Assembly: GCF_009914755.1 (NCBI RefSeq)
Contig: NC_060932.1
Strand: one strand, 5' to 3'
Source: the human T2T-CHM13v2.0 reference genome, Homo sapiens
DNA: 64,000 bases
Part shown: piece after piece, positions 1 through 16,882 of the stretch
Numbering within the stretch: position 1 is the first letter of the stretch
Layout: each line of letters starts with the position of its first letter
Translations under genes and position numbers: made by a program
The notes under the pieces: generated by a model
What the model was told of the DNA's origin: nothing
Seen by the model: the letters and a program-made list of their open reading frames with translations, nothing else
The model's database searches: none

Positions 1-38
1 GCCTCCCAAAGTGCAAGTGTGAGCCACCACTCCAGGCC
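1..38 (-). mobile_element. Alu 5' end, cut by window edge
   Basis: gcctcccaaagtgc...gtgagccacc...ggcc is the reverse complement of the Alu 5' end. Confidence 0.85.
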
Positions 39-189
39 ATGTAGTAAACTCTTAACAAATGCTAGCTATTATTGCTGTATAATATTTATTGACCACACTG
101 GATTAGGCCCTGGGAGTGGGCAAAGGATATAACACCATCCTGACATCCAAGTACTTACATTCTAGTGTAGGGGAGAATGAGAGGGGCAA

Positions 190-1320
190 AAGATAGGAAC
201 AGACACCTCATCAAAGATCTACAGATGGCAAATGAGCATATGAAAAAACGATCAACATCATGTGTCATGAGGAACTTACAAATTAAAACAACAGTGAGCT
301 ATCCCTGCACATCTATAAGAGTGGCAAAAATCCAAAACACTGACAACACCAAATGCTGGTGAGGGCATGGAACAACGAAACTCTCACCCATTGCTTGTGA
401 GAATGCAAAACGATACAGCCACTCTGAAGGAGAATTTGAAACTCTCTTACAAAACTAAACATACTCTTACCAAACAATCCATCTATCATGCTCATTGGCA
501 TTTACCCAAAGGAGCTGAAACTTATGTCCACACAAAAACCTGCACATAAATGTTTATAGCAACTTTATTCATAATTGCCAGAGCTTGGAAGCAACCAAGA
601 TATCCCCAGTAGGTAAATGGATAAACTGTGGTACATCCAGACAACCGCATATTATACAGTGCTAAAGAAAAATGAGGTATCAAACCATGAAAAGACATGG
701 AGGAAATGTAAATGCATATTACTAAGTGAGAGATATAAATGTAATTGGCTTCTTTCACTTAGTAATATACACTTACATTTCATTTACTACTAATTACTAA
801 TTACATTTCACTTATTACTAATTACTATTACATATTACTTATTACTAAGTGAAAGGCTACATACTGTATGATTCCAACATGAAATTTTGGAAAAGTATGG
901 AGACAATAAAAAGATCAGTGGTTCACAGGGGTTAGGGGGAGGGAGGGATGAATAGGCAGAGCATAGAGGATTTTTAGGGCAGTGAGACTATTCTATATGG
1001 TGCTATAATGGTGGATACATGTCAATATAAATTTGTTTAAACCCATAGAAGGGACAACACCAAGAGTAAACCCTGAAATAAACTAGCGACTTTGGGTGAT
1101 AATGATGTGTCAGTGTCAGTGTAGGTTCATGAATGGTAACAAATGGTGGAGGATGTTGACAATGGGGGAGGCTATGCCTGTGTGGGGGCAGGGGATATAT
1201 GGGAACTCTCTGTATCTTCTGCTCAGTTCTTCTAAAAAAATTGTAGGTCCTAGTGAACCGAAAACTGGTAAATAAATAGATCTAAAATATAAAATAGACA
1301 TAAAATAAAGTCTATTTTTA
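190..1320 (+). mobile_element. L1MC (L1MC1-like) ORF2 3' end and 3'UTR
   Basis: ORF 177-362 resembles the L1 ORF2 C-terminus (QMANEHMKKRSTS...KIQNTDNTKCW). L1MC 3'UTR motifs present (acaacaccaagagtaaaccct, tatgggaactctctgta, aataaagtctatt). Confidence 0.85.
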
Positions 1321-1967
1321 AAAGATGATGCAGGGTGGACATTGACATCAGGAGACCCTAGTTCTAGCCTTGCTGCTCTAAGACCTCGGAGTAATTATTT
1401 AATCATTTCTGAAAAATGAAGAAAAGGGACTTGATAAAATCATATCCCCCTTTAGCTCTAGATCTTGTATAATAAAAACTATATTCAGGAACTTGAGTCA
1501 TCCCACAAACATTTTGTCTTTGCCAAACTGAATCCTCTTTATATGTAACTTTCCCCTGTGTCTATGTCAAGAAAAGTTAATCAGATTATAATCACATCGT
1601 CATCAGATCTTTCTGCAATTGCTACTAGCACGTGGAGTACAGACTCCAGACAAAATTGCAATGGAAGCAAACATTCCTTTGTTGTTTCGTGGCTTCCCTT
1701 TCCGCCTCTCTTCCCTCACCATTTCGGTCTCCTGGGAGCCTAGAATCCTCATCCTCTTCCCTTCTCCTTTTTAAAGACCCACTGCCAGGAAATGTCTCTG
1801 TAGTCCTCTCAGATATGCTTCTCCCCATCCATGGAGAATTCTGACCCAGCTTTGTAAAGGCACCCATGGTATAAGGCATCTGATTCCTTGCCCAGCTCCT
1901 TTACCAGATTCTAAGCTCCTCAATGATAAGAACTATATCTCACTATGAGCACAGGCTCAGCTTATAG

Positions 1968-2479
<512 letters not shown>

Positions 2480-2540
2480 TAGAGAGGTGAAAAATGTGAG
2501 TAGCCCGAGGCACACATTCCCAGGTGAGGTCAAACGAGGC

Positions 2541-2742
2541 AACACTGCCTTCTTGTGTCAGCTGCCATATTCTACACGTGTCCTTTTTGTGGTCTAGGTC
2601 TAGGCTTAATGTGTCTTACAAAGAAAACACGCGTGTTAGCTAACACTGCCTTCTTGTGTCAGCTGCCATATTCTACACGTGTCCTTTTTGTGGTCTAGGT
2701 CTAGGCTTAATGTGTCTTACAAAGAAAACATGCATGTTAGCT
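2541..2742. repeat. 101-bp tandem duplication
   Basis: 2541-2641 and 2642-2742 are identical except cacgcgtg vs catgcatg. Confidence 0.95.
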
Positions 2743-3620
2743 AAGCTCCACTTAGTCATGAGTTCTAGTGCTGGTGGACATGAGTTCAGTGTTAATGAAT
2801 CAATAATGTATATGAAACAAGGTATCTTTCAACAGAAACACACATAAAATAAGGTTATATATTGACTAGTTGATCAAAATGTTATCACCAGAGACTCCAA
2901 AGAGTCTAACCCTGCATTGCCCCTTGGATCAATGGCTCAGTATTTGTTCATTCCGTGTTCATGGTGACTTTATAGAACATAACTACCACAAATAATAAGA
3001 AACAACTGTATTTGCATTTTTACAAGGAGAAGAGGCCTGAATATCTTTACAGGGATTCTCCGACCATGCTGAACAAATGGGCTCATTCAGACAACAAACA
3101 AGACAGAGAGATGGCCAGTCCAGTTGTCCCCAAAATCATGTTCCTCCCCTGAGTCCGTACAGTTTAAAACACTCCACATGATTGTCCCAGAAAAGTAAAA
3201 ATGGCACCCAGTTGTCTTCTCGCTTTCCAGCCCATGATTTTACTGTGGGAATTCTAAAGTAAAAGCTAATTGTCTTCAGCACTTAAACTCTATTAGAAAC
3301 ATCACTAATAAGTAATTGGTTTTTTAAAACCACTTATTATGAAAAAAACAATAACTTCTCACCTAACCCTCAGGTCTGCAATACTCTAAATTCAGATTCT
3401 TTTATTAAAGATTAAAATACAGATTAAGTATTAAAATGTAAATTGTACTGAAGCTCCATAGAACCCATTAGAAGACCAATATTGAGCAAAATAACACTTT
3501 ACCACTCAGGAATGCAAATAAAAAGGCATCAAAATCTGCTACTTATAACTTGAATCTGGGGTCCATTAATTTCGCATGCTTTTTTCCTAAAGAACAAAAA
3601 AGATAGGGGAAATAACCTTA

Positions 3621-4478
<858 letters not shown>

Positions 4479-4614
4479 GGTGGTAAAGCTAATATTAATT
4501 ATATCTATACACCAATGACCTAGCATAATGAAAAATAAGAGAAATGCCTATAAGAACACCCCCTCTGTGTTCCTGAGCCCCCATACTTCATGGTTGATTG
4601 TGACTCTTTTATAA

Positions 4615-4830
4615 TAGCAATGACGATCGGAGCTAACATTTATCGAGCACCTGCTGTGTGCCTGCTCCTGTGGTGTGAGCTGCCATGCATTAGCCCACAG
4701 AATTCTCACAATTATTCTTATGAGGTAGGACCATCATATTTCCATGTTCTATGGATGTGGAAACTGAAGAGGCTAAATCCACACTAAGAGAATGGCAGAA
4801 CCAGGGTTCAAAACTGGGGACATCCAGCCC
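4615..4830 (-). mobile_element. MIR
   Basis: aacatttatcgagcac, tctcacaa...tatgaggtagg, atgtggaaactga, ggcagaaccagggttcaaa. Confidence 0.7.
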
Positions 4831-5694
4831 CAGTGACCCTGCCTCTGGTTCACTGGTGGTGCATCCTGACTCTATGGGAAAGAGCATCTAACAGGCAGGA
4901 GTGGGTGTTATTGCTGCAGGCATGCAGTAGAAGCTGCCAACTACCAAACTGTGTGTGGACTGCAGCTTCCTGAGTTTCATATTACCCTAAGATAAAATGC
5001 TGTGCTGAGAGAGTAGGGAGCTCCTTTTAAGTTACTAAGGGTGACACAGCTATTCAGGAACTCATTTCAAGTCTATCTGAGAATTTGGGCAAAATTTTAC
5101 CTTCCTGAAGGTGAATGGAGCAGATCTGCCACACTAATTCCCTTCGATTGGTAATTCTAGGAGTTTCTGTGAATAGCGATAGATGAATATAGGCACTAAC
5201 TGAGCCCATAGAGGTTAATGATGTTCACAGAGTATAAGGTTGCAGAAGCTGCAGATTCTTTTACATTGTGTTTTAGCAGCACAGAAGCAGGAGGGATCCA
5301 TCAAATGTCTGATGTTGAGATGCCCAGCACTATAAGCCAGACTCACTGCTGACATGGATTAAATGGGCTGTAAAATGATTTTTCTGAGCCAAATGGTCTA
5401 CTCGCTGTCCTGGAACACACTATCTCATGCCTGTGCTCACACTGCTCTTCTTGTCTCAATTCCCAGCTCCCCACCAGCCAGCCACTGTCTCATATTGAGC
5501 ACCCAATATATGCAAGGCATTGGGCTGGGTGCTGCCCATAGAAAAGCAATTGAACAAGATTTCCACATCCAAAAGTGGAATCTAGAGTCAGGTTATGGGA
5601 AAGGAGAAGTGGGCAGTTTATTCCAACACTCTTAAACTGGTAAGAGCTACCCACTCACTTGTTCATTCAACAAATATTTTTTGGTTACCTACTG

Positions 5695-6019
5695 CAGTGG
5701 TCCCCAACCTTTTCCGCACCAGGGACCAGTTTCATATAAGACATAGGGCAGTTGGGGGATGGTTTTGGGATGAAACGGTTCCACCTCAGATCATCAGGCA
5801 TTAGTTAGATTCTCATAAGGAACACGCAACCTAGATCCCTCACATGCAGAGTTCACAATAAGGCTGGCTCCTATGAGAGTCTAAAGCCAGCGCTGATCTG
5901 ACAGGAGGCGGAGCTCAAGCTGTCATGCTCACTCACTGGGTGCTCACCTCCTGCTGTGCGGCTGGTTCCTAACAGGCCACTGCTGCCTACCAGTTCACGC
6001 CTACGGGATTGGACCCCTG
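5695..6019 (-). mobile_element. MER1B hAT-Charlie, inserted in an L2 tail
   Basis: cagtggtccccaacctttt...ggacccctg; internal agattctcataaggaacacgcaacctagatccc; 8-bp TSD acctactg/atctattg. Confidence 0.9.
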
Positions 6020-6335
6020 ATCTATTGTGTGCCAGGCACTCAAGAAGTAAAAACAAATGAAAATTAAAAGGCATGTAACCCAGTCTGAAAGAGTGTGGCT
6101 AATGCTTCTAGGAAGAGTTATAGACTTCACTTCATCTGAAAGACAGATAGGAATTATCTAGACCCAGTAAGAGGAGGATTTTCCAGGTGGTGGAGTAGCT
6201 CTGTAAGGCTGGGTCTGGGGGATCCTGGTAAGAGCTGTGATAGATAAGTGTGGGGAGTTAGGGCCGGAACTTGGAGGAGTTTGAAGCCCATATAGAGAAT
6301 TCCAGACTTTATCCCAAGGGGAAGAGGAGCTCTTA

Positions 6336-6860
<525 letters not shown>

Positions 6861-7609
6861 TCATTTTAAAAAATGTATACACACACAAAAAATTAAGTCA
6901 GAGAGATCTGCTTGGGGTAAAAACATTGATATCGTCATGCAACATACCATTGGCTGTGCCTGGGCCTCAGGGGTGGTCTGTAATTTCCATTTCATTACAA
7001 AGGAGCTGGGCCTGCTCAGGGCACCCAAAGGAAGGAAAAGTGGAATGGCTCAGATGACACTGGAATTCTATTAAAGAAGAGTTAGAAATAAGGTTAGAAA
7101 TAAGGGTGGCTGCTAGACTGTGGCTCAGAGGTGGGTCTAGACTTGCCCAACTCTCAGCTTACTAACAATAAAATTATGTTATTTCCTTGGCCATTATGGG
7201 ATGTTGTTCCAGTCGGTGGCTTCCCAGCCTGCAGAACTGCCAGTGTTGTTTCTAGCAATGTTCCTTGAATACTCATGAACACACGATAAAAACTGCATAG
7301 TTGAATAAACACGAATATGCAGTAAGACGTGTCCTAATATTCAATTCATAAGACAAAGTATGACAGACAATTTAGAGCTCAAGAGTTTCTTGAAAGGTTT
7401 TTAACAATGGGAAGGACATGTTCAAATTTATCAAGTAGAAAATCCCTCTGGCAGCAGTATGGGCAATTTATTGCAGGGGGTGAAGAGCAGAGGGAGAAAC
7501 AAGGACCTCTACTATAGCTACAGTGGTAATGAAGAGATGATGGATTCCAAAATCAGCAAAAATTACTATCTTAATTAATCATAAATCCCCAGTAGAGTTT
7601 GGCCCCTGA

Positions 7610-8055
7610 ACTTGGCTGCAAAACAGAAATCTCAAAATAGCAGTGATTTAAACAGGATAACCATTTGTTTATCTCTTACAAAAAGAAGTCTGGAACTGCT
7701 CCGGAATGGCAGCTCGAGTCATCAGGGACTCAGGCTCTGCCTGTCTTTCTGATCTATGGAAATACACAGGTCCCATCCTTAAGTTACTTCATGGTTCAAG
7801 ATTGCTGCCAGAACTCTGCTCTCATGACCACATTCCAGGGAGCAGAAAAGGAGAAAGCTGAGTGTGTAACTCTAAGAAAGCCTTCCCAGAACTCCTACAC
7901 AGCACTGTTATTTATATCTCATTGGCCAAAATAACATGGCCACGCCAACTCACAAGGAAGGTAGAGAAATAAAATATTCTAGCTGGGTGCCTTGCTACCC
8001 TCCCTCCCAAATCTGGAATGGATAGGCTGTGGATAATGAGCAGTCTCTGTCACAG
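7610..8055 (-). mobile_element. Old MLT1 (K/L-like) LTR
   Basis: ttggctgc...aacagaaa...cagtgatttaaac; tatctcattggccaaaa...acatggccacgcc. Confidence 0.6.
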
Positions 8056-8134
8056 CCATCAGTCAAGTAAGGCACAGAGAAGGTGAGACTATCCTGGTCC
8101 TCCAGGGCATGAGTCAAGGAGCACCGTGGACACC

Positions 8135-8538
8135 GTGATGTGTCACCATGGTCCCCGTCAAGGAGGGGCTTGCTGTGTCGGCTGCAGGGGATGCTGTGGC
8201 AGAGAGCCTTTCCTGCCAGCCCTCCAGGGACTGCCTCAGCTGTAGAGAGCCTCCTTGCCCAGGAAGCCTCAGCAGCCTGCTTCAGTGACTATTGATCTAT
8301 GAATATAAAGACCTGTTCATTGTGGTCCAAACAAGGCAGCTCTAAAGGACTATTCTGGCTCTGGAGCCTCCCATGGAGGTGGTCAAGACTATTGTTGAGC
8401 CACACTGTGGCTTGACTTCTCTCTCTGCCCACTTCTGCTTCCTTGCCCTTCCTTCCACAGTAGTGGTCCCCAGGACTCTCCATAATAAACCTGCATGCCA
8501 ACATGCTCCAGATTCTGCCTCCTGAGCAACCCTGCCTA
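8135..8538 (+). mobile_element. LTR16-family ERVL LTR
   Basis: agggactgcctcagctgtagagagc; cttctctctctgccca...ctgcttcctt; taataaacctgcatgc. Confidence 0.7.
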
Positions 8539-8746
8539 TGCTGAGGAGGAGGATGTCTGCCTGGGACCAGGTATCAGAATTTCTAGGAAGAGATGAAACG
8601 TTCATATTTGTTGAACATGGAATGAGCTGAAAAGACAGAGAAATGCCACTACCTGCACATTTTCATTTTTCTGTCTCCTGCTTGCTTCTCATGGCTGTCA
8701 GTGTGCATGCCTGTAACATCCTCTTATGCCCTCCAATGTGTTACTA

Positions 8747-9288
<542 letters not shown>

Positions 9289-10407
9289 TTAAGAGGGGAG
9301 AAAAGTTACTCTAATTTGGTGGTATTTGTTATTCTAGCTCAAAAGTCAGGTTTTTGTTTTTTGGTTTTTATTTTTTTATTTTATTTTATTTTTTTAGCTT
9401 CCCAGTGCTTGCGGAATGTAGCCTCAGGACAACTTCTCTGCATAGACGCCCTTCCTCTGGCATTCCAGATGCACATTTTTGAAAAGCCTGTCCACACAAA
9501 TGTTCACTCAGGATGGAAAGAGATCACCTGGGCTCCCAGTCATGTGTGAAGGGTACACATGACCCATGCAGGTAGCTCTCAGAGGAGCGGTGGGGTCCCA
9601 GGACTGCATCTTCCAGCTCAAGAGCCAGCAGGCTTTCCCTCTATGGCCCTGCCTCCCAACCAGTGTGCAGCAGTGATTTGCAAACAATAGACGGCACCAG
9701 AACCTTAGTACTTAGAAATGGTTTTTCATGTTTATGACTCAGAGCAAACATTATTTATATAGGACCTGTGAATATACCCAGTCAGGGGAAAAAAAGAGAA
9801 ATTTGTGGAAAGAAAAAAGAAACTTGCTATCCATTTCTTGTGGGAGTTTGGATTCTAGGGATTCTAGGTGAGTGAGCAGCAGGTGTTTGAGACACAAGTC
9901 TGCATGCTGTGTGACTTTTGAGGCTTTCCTGTTCACAGATCTTTCTGGCTTTGCCCATTTGTCTCTGCCAACAATTGGAATTGCCACCTTTATTTATCTG
10001 GATTTTTAAAAATTGAAATTGCAATAGCACTTTTCCTCACACACACTTGTCAGGGCAGAGTGGCTGAGCAGTCTATAGCAGCTTTCTCCAGGTCTGTTTT
10101 AAGGAGAAGCACTAAGAAAAATTCATGTCCATTTGCAAAATATTAACCCAAACAAGTCTGTAAATATATTTACACAGAGACTCGTATTTATCTTTGAATC
10201 TTCCAGGGCCTGCTGCCTGAAGGATGGCACATACTAAATATTTGTTAAATGAATGAATAAAGTGAGGAAGTGGATAACTGAATTACTGAGAGAATAAGCG
10301 AATGTGGGCTCAAGACATTTACTAGTAGGAAGATAAAATAAGCACACAAAAGTTATGATACAAGAAAGACTGAATGCTGGGAGGAGGGGATGATCACACC
10401 AAGTTAG

Positions 10408-10912
<505 letters not shown>

Positions 10913-11927
10913 CCATGAGACAAGAGGATCAAGAAGGATATAGGAAGTGGCTTTTGTGAACACCCTTTAAGGATGGGTAGAGTTTTGACTTGAAGAAATC
11001 AGCAGGAATACAGGAACATGGTAGCTTAACATGTCCTAACTTTTTCCCCTCCCAACTGCAATTCCAGCCTGACTATCCTACATAATCCAGACAGATGGTA
11101 GAAGCTGATCAGAGGGCACCTGTACAGTTTAGTGGCTTCTCCCCTCTGGGCTATGTGAGAGCCTGGGTACTAGTGTCTGAAGGACTCAGGTAAGTATCTG
11201 AACAGAGTTTCCCCAGAAAGCTGGCCTCAGGGGATTCTCCAACCCTGAGGAACATCCTCATCAGCTGGAAAGGCATATCTGATTTCCAGGGCTGAAAATG
11301 TAAGTTGAGGCCATTTCATCCTTGAGGTGGGGAGCTCATGAATGATAGGAAACATAATAAAACATAAAGTCTTGCTTCTTGTGGTACCTTCACAAGGGCC
11401 CAACAACCCCTGTGTGCTCCACTACTGGCCTTTAGGACTGAGACCACAAGGCCATCTCCTACCCTTGGAAATGAGACCACATAAGATTCTTAGCAGCTAT
11501 GCCTGAGCTCCAAGGAGTAAACACAGAAAAAGCACACATCAGAGAAGGACAACAGCTAGAGAGAGAGAAAAATGACAAACAAAGCAACCAGGACAGAAGA
11601 AGTACTCATCAAAAATTAGAGCTATTGGAGGAGATAAGTCTATGACCCATACAAAAATAAAAATAATGAGAAACTGAGGAGATTTAAGAAAAGTCCTTAA
11701 AAGATGACCTGGAATTTAAACAAATAAACATGACTTTTCAAATGAAAACTAATTGAATTAGGTGAAGAGTAGAACAGTCAGTGTTGAAATTCAACTCAGG
11801 GCCTGAGGATCAAGTCAAGATGTCCACTGCACAGGAAAACTGTAATTCCAGATGAAGGAACAGGTGGGAAGAGGCAACAATTAAATGATAGTGCAAGAAC
11901 ATTTCCTGTGGATAAAGAAGTATCAGA

Positions 11928-12265
<338 letters not shown>

Positions 12266-13025
12266 TCACTGGTTTAGGCTATATTAAAGAGGAAAGGCAC
12301 ACACCCAATCATATCTTGGTAAAATTTCTGAATTCCACAGGTAGCACTATAAATTTTTTAAATTCACAGATAAAAAGAACGAGGAAGAAGAATCAGATTG
12401 ACACTTAACATTGCTGTGTTGGAAGTTAGTAGAGTGACATTTATGGACTCCTGAGAAAAAAGGACTATGCCAGCCAGGACATCCTTCATATATCAGCAAG
12501 AAAGGAAGATATTTGGGGTATGCAAGAATTCAGAGAATATATTATTCTCATACCTATCTGGAGAAAATACGAGAGAAAAGACTCTGGTGAAACAACAGAT
12601 GAATCAGAACAGAGAACTCAAGATTATGGAAGAAGAATAAGATAGGAAATAGCAGTGAGCCATGCTTGCTTTTTATATAGATATTTATAATATCTAAACC
12701 CATAATGATAGACTATCTAAGAATGTGTAATACAAGTTCTAAATAAGGATTCCTGAGATAGGCAATAAATACTCCAAGTAAATTCTAATAACGGTAATCT
12801 AGATTGAAAAGTTCTTCCGTATGTCAGCAAAACCTAAAAGTGGGAGAAGGACGGAACAATAAAGTCAAAGTCAAATTTATTTTATTAAGACTTCTCTGGA
12901 GAGGGAGAGGAAAGTGAGGCAGAAAAAGTGTTCTAAAGGAGAATTAATAAACATGAAAACGGAGTGAACTAAACAGAAAACAAAAACACAGGAGACACTG
13001 TCAACAAATCCAAAGGCTAATTCTT

Positions 13026-13306
13026 TCGTATCACCCAGTTGCCAAGGCTGGAGGGCAGGACTGTAGTGCTATTTTGGCACACTGTAACCTCTGCCTCCCG
13101 GGTTCAAGCAATTCTCGTATCTCAGCCTCTGAGTAGTTGGAATTACAGGTGCACACCACTACACTCGGCTAATTTTTATATTTTTAGTAGAGCTGGGGTT
13201 TCACCATGTTGTCCAGGCTGGTCTCAGACTCCTGACCTCAAGTGATCCACCTGCCTCTGGCCTCCCAAAGTGCTAGGATTACAGGCGTGAGCCACCGCAC
13301 CTAGCC
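13026..13306 (-). mobile_element. AluS lacking a poly(A) tail
   Basis: Dimer body; perfect TSD caaaggctaattctt at 13011-13025 and 13307-13321; no T-run at the 3' end. Confidence 0.9.
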
Positions 13307-14463
13307 CAAAGGCTAATTCTTAAAAAGTTCAACTAAACAGATAAACCTCTCTGAAATCTAATTAAAGAAAAAAGAACAACAACAACAAAAAGACAAGATT
13401 GGGAATGAATAAAGAGCCATGGTCTCAGATACAGAAGAGATTTGAACAATTATAAGTATGTATTATATGCTAACTCCATGATAACAAAATTGAAGATCTA
13501 AAGGAAATTACCAAAGTTAATCCAAGAAGTGAAAACCTGAATAACTAATTACAGTGGGCCAGATCAGGAAGATGATCAAAGATCTACCATTGAAAAGGGT
13601 GTCAGGACAGAGAAGTCCACAGCTCAGTTTTCTAATCTTCAAAGAATAGATAATAGTAATATTTATCAATATATTCTAGACCAAGGAATAAAAATGGAAG
13701 CTTCTGAATTTATTTTACAAACCAAGCTTAATTTTACACTAAAACCCTATAAAGACAGCATAAAAAGGAAAATTATAGACCAATACTTATAACTGTAGAT
13801 GCAAAAATCCTAAATAAAATGTTGACAAATAGAATCTAGTAATGTGGCAAAAAGACTAATACACTAAAGTAAGGAGAATTTATTCTAGTATTACAAAGCT
13901 CAACGTCAAGAAACATATCAACATAAGTCTTTTTATCAAAAAATTAAAGATGAAAAACCATATCATTTTATCAGTAGTTTCTGCAGAGGCACTTGATAAC
14001 ATTCAGTAGCTATTCCTATTAAAACTTTAAGTAAAATAAAAATTAGGATTGTTGGAGATAATAAAATCTCTTTATCAAAAACCAAGACAATATTCTAGTT
14101 AACAAAACACCAAAAACATTTCAATTAAAATCAGAATCAGACACGAATACCCACTATTACCATTTTAATTCAACATTTTCTTAGAGACTTAGAGAGTCAA
14201 ACAAATGTAATAAGGTAAGAAAAATAAATGATTAGTGTAAACATTTGAAAGAAGTGACAAAGTATTGGAATTTTTTTTGCTCATGATTCTATCTTTTCTT
14301 TTCCAGATTTATGCCTGCTGTTACCATTACTATTTGACATTGTCTTGGATAAGGTTTTTAGAAAATACAATAAGAATATAAAATTGAATCACTGGCATAA
14401 ATATTTGACAATATTTTCTTTCATTAATCACATGATTGCATTCTTAGAAAACCTAGAAAACTA

Positions 14464-14874
<411 letters not shown>

Positions 14875-14920
14875 TTAATCATTTATCTGCTATAGCATAT
14901 TCATCAAGAAATATATATGA

Positions 14921-15267
<347 letters not shown>

Positions 15268-16084
15268 AAAATCTATAAAACATTGAGGGATAAATATAAA
15301 AGAGAGGTACAGGACTATGTGAAAAACAATCCTATGGGGAAAAAACATAAACAAAATAGGGATACATTTTAATACTATGCAATTTGTTGAGAGGAGTTAA
15401 TCTCATAAAAAATTTATTCTCCAAAAAATTAAAAACGTAATGCAATCCCAATCATAAACCCAGCAGATTTTTAAATTCTAAGAAAGTTTTGTATTGAAGT
15501 ACAACATACACAGAAAAAGCAAATCCCTCTGCCAAATAAACAGTTGAAAAAGATGCTCATGCTCATCAGGAGTCAGCAAACTACAAATTAAGTTTACAAT
15601 GGAATATGGCTTCATGACTATAAGACTACAAAAAAATTAAAACGAGGGGTAGCAACGGTTGCTACTAGGGATGAGGGTAAAAAGTACTCCATATTTTGCT
15701 GCCGAAAATATGTTTCAGCCTTTTTGAAAGCAATATACACTAAATTTTAAAATACACATGACTTTCAACCCTGGAATCCATTCAACAGAAGTAAAAGCAT
15801 TGGTATATAAAGATATATATTGTACAACAATCTTGCTTCATTGTTTAGAGGGACAGAAACTTAAAACAGAGGAAATATCCATCAATAGAGAAAGGGTTGG
15901 ATAAATTATGAAGGAGCCTCATTATGGATTACAATGCTGCCAACACAAATAATGAATCTGAAACATACCAGGGGACTGAGAGGAACTTCTATGAGATATT
16001 TTTGAATGAGAGATAGAAGATGCAGAGAATACATGATCCAATTTTTCCAAAGCAAGCAATGAACCCAACAAAAAACTCAAATAT

Positions 16085-16086
<2 letters not shown>

Positions 16087-16116
<30 letters not shown>
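16087..16116. repeat. (AG)15 microsatellite
   Basis: Perfect AG run. Confidence 0.95.
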
Positions 16117-16120
<4 letters not shown>

Positions 16121-16759
16121 TACATGTACTTAAGCATGCATGCATAATCACATATCAGATATTATATGAGCAATAAGAAAATTTAAAAACTGTTAGCATC
16201 TGGTTATTTGGGAGTAAAGAACTGGGGGAAAGCTGGTGTAGACACCAGAAAGGACAAAGGTGGGAGGCTTCAGGGAATGTTTGGAGAAGAATGAGTAGTT
16301 CAGCTTGCTTCAGGGGTTGAGGTAACCCAAAGCTCACACCAGGCTGCTGGTGGGGTCCTCTCTTGGAGGATACTGAGGTCAGACTCTCAGTCTTAGAGCA
16401 TATAGGTGCAGGATATATCACAGAGTGCGTCCCACCCACCAACATGTAACCTGGTAAGATCAGGTCATTAAGAATACCAAGGTACCAAAGTCACTGTAGG
16501 AAACCTGGGAGCACAGAGCCTAATGTGGTGGTGGGTGAGGCACTCCTACAGGTCTCCTGCCCTGGGGGCCATGGCTGTACAGAACCCAAATAACCCCTTG
16601 GGTCCACCTGACCCAGTTTTGCTAGGTTAAAGTCTACAAGTCAACAGTTATTAAAAATATACTCCAATCTTCACTGCCGTCCCTTGACAAACATTAAGGG
16701 ATCAAATGCATAATCCACATCAACACACCTTAAAATACCCTTACCTGGAGCGATGGAAG

Positions 16760-16882
16760 CATTTTGGAATGAGACAGAGGTGGTTGGTTGCGCAACATTG
16801 TGAATATGCCAAATGCCACTGAATTGTTCCCGTAGAGCTGGTTAACTTTATGTTATGTGAATTTCTCCTCGATAAATTATTT
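16760..16882 (+). mobile_element. L1MB-type 3' end fragment
   Basis: ggttgcgcaacattgtgaatat...aatgccactgaattgt...tatgttatgtgaattt. Confidence 0.75.

Noticed and set aside
9351-9875. Plus-strand exon from a poly-T acceptor (about 9397) to donors near 9572 or 9869
   Set aside because: Isolated splice-like motifs are frequent in this window; no supporting ORF or partner exon
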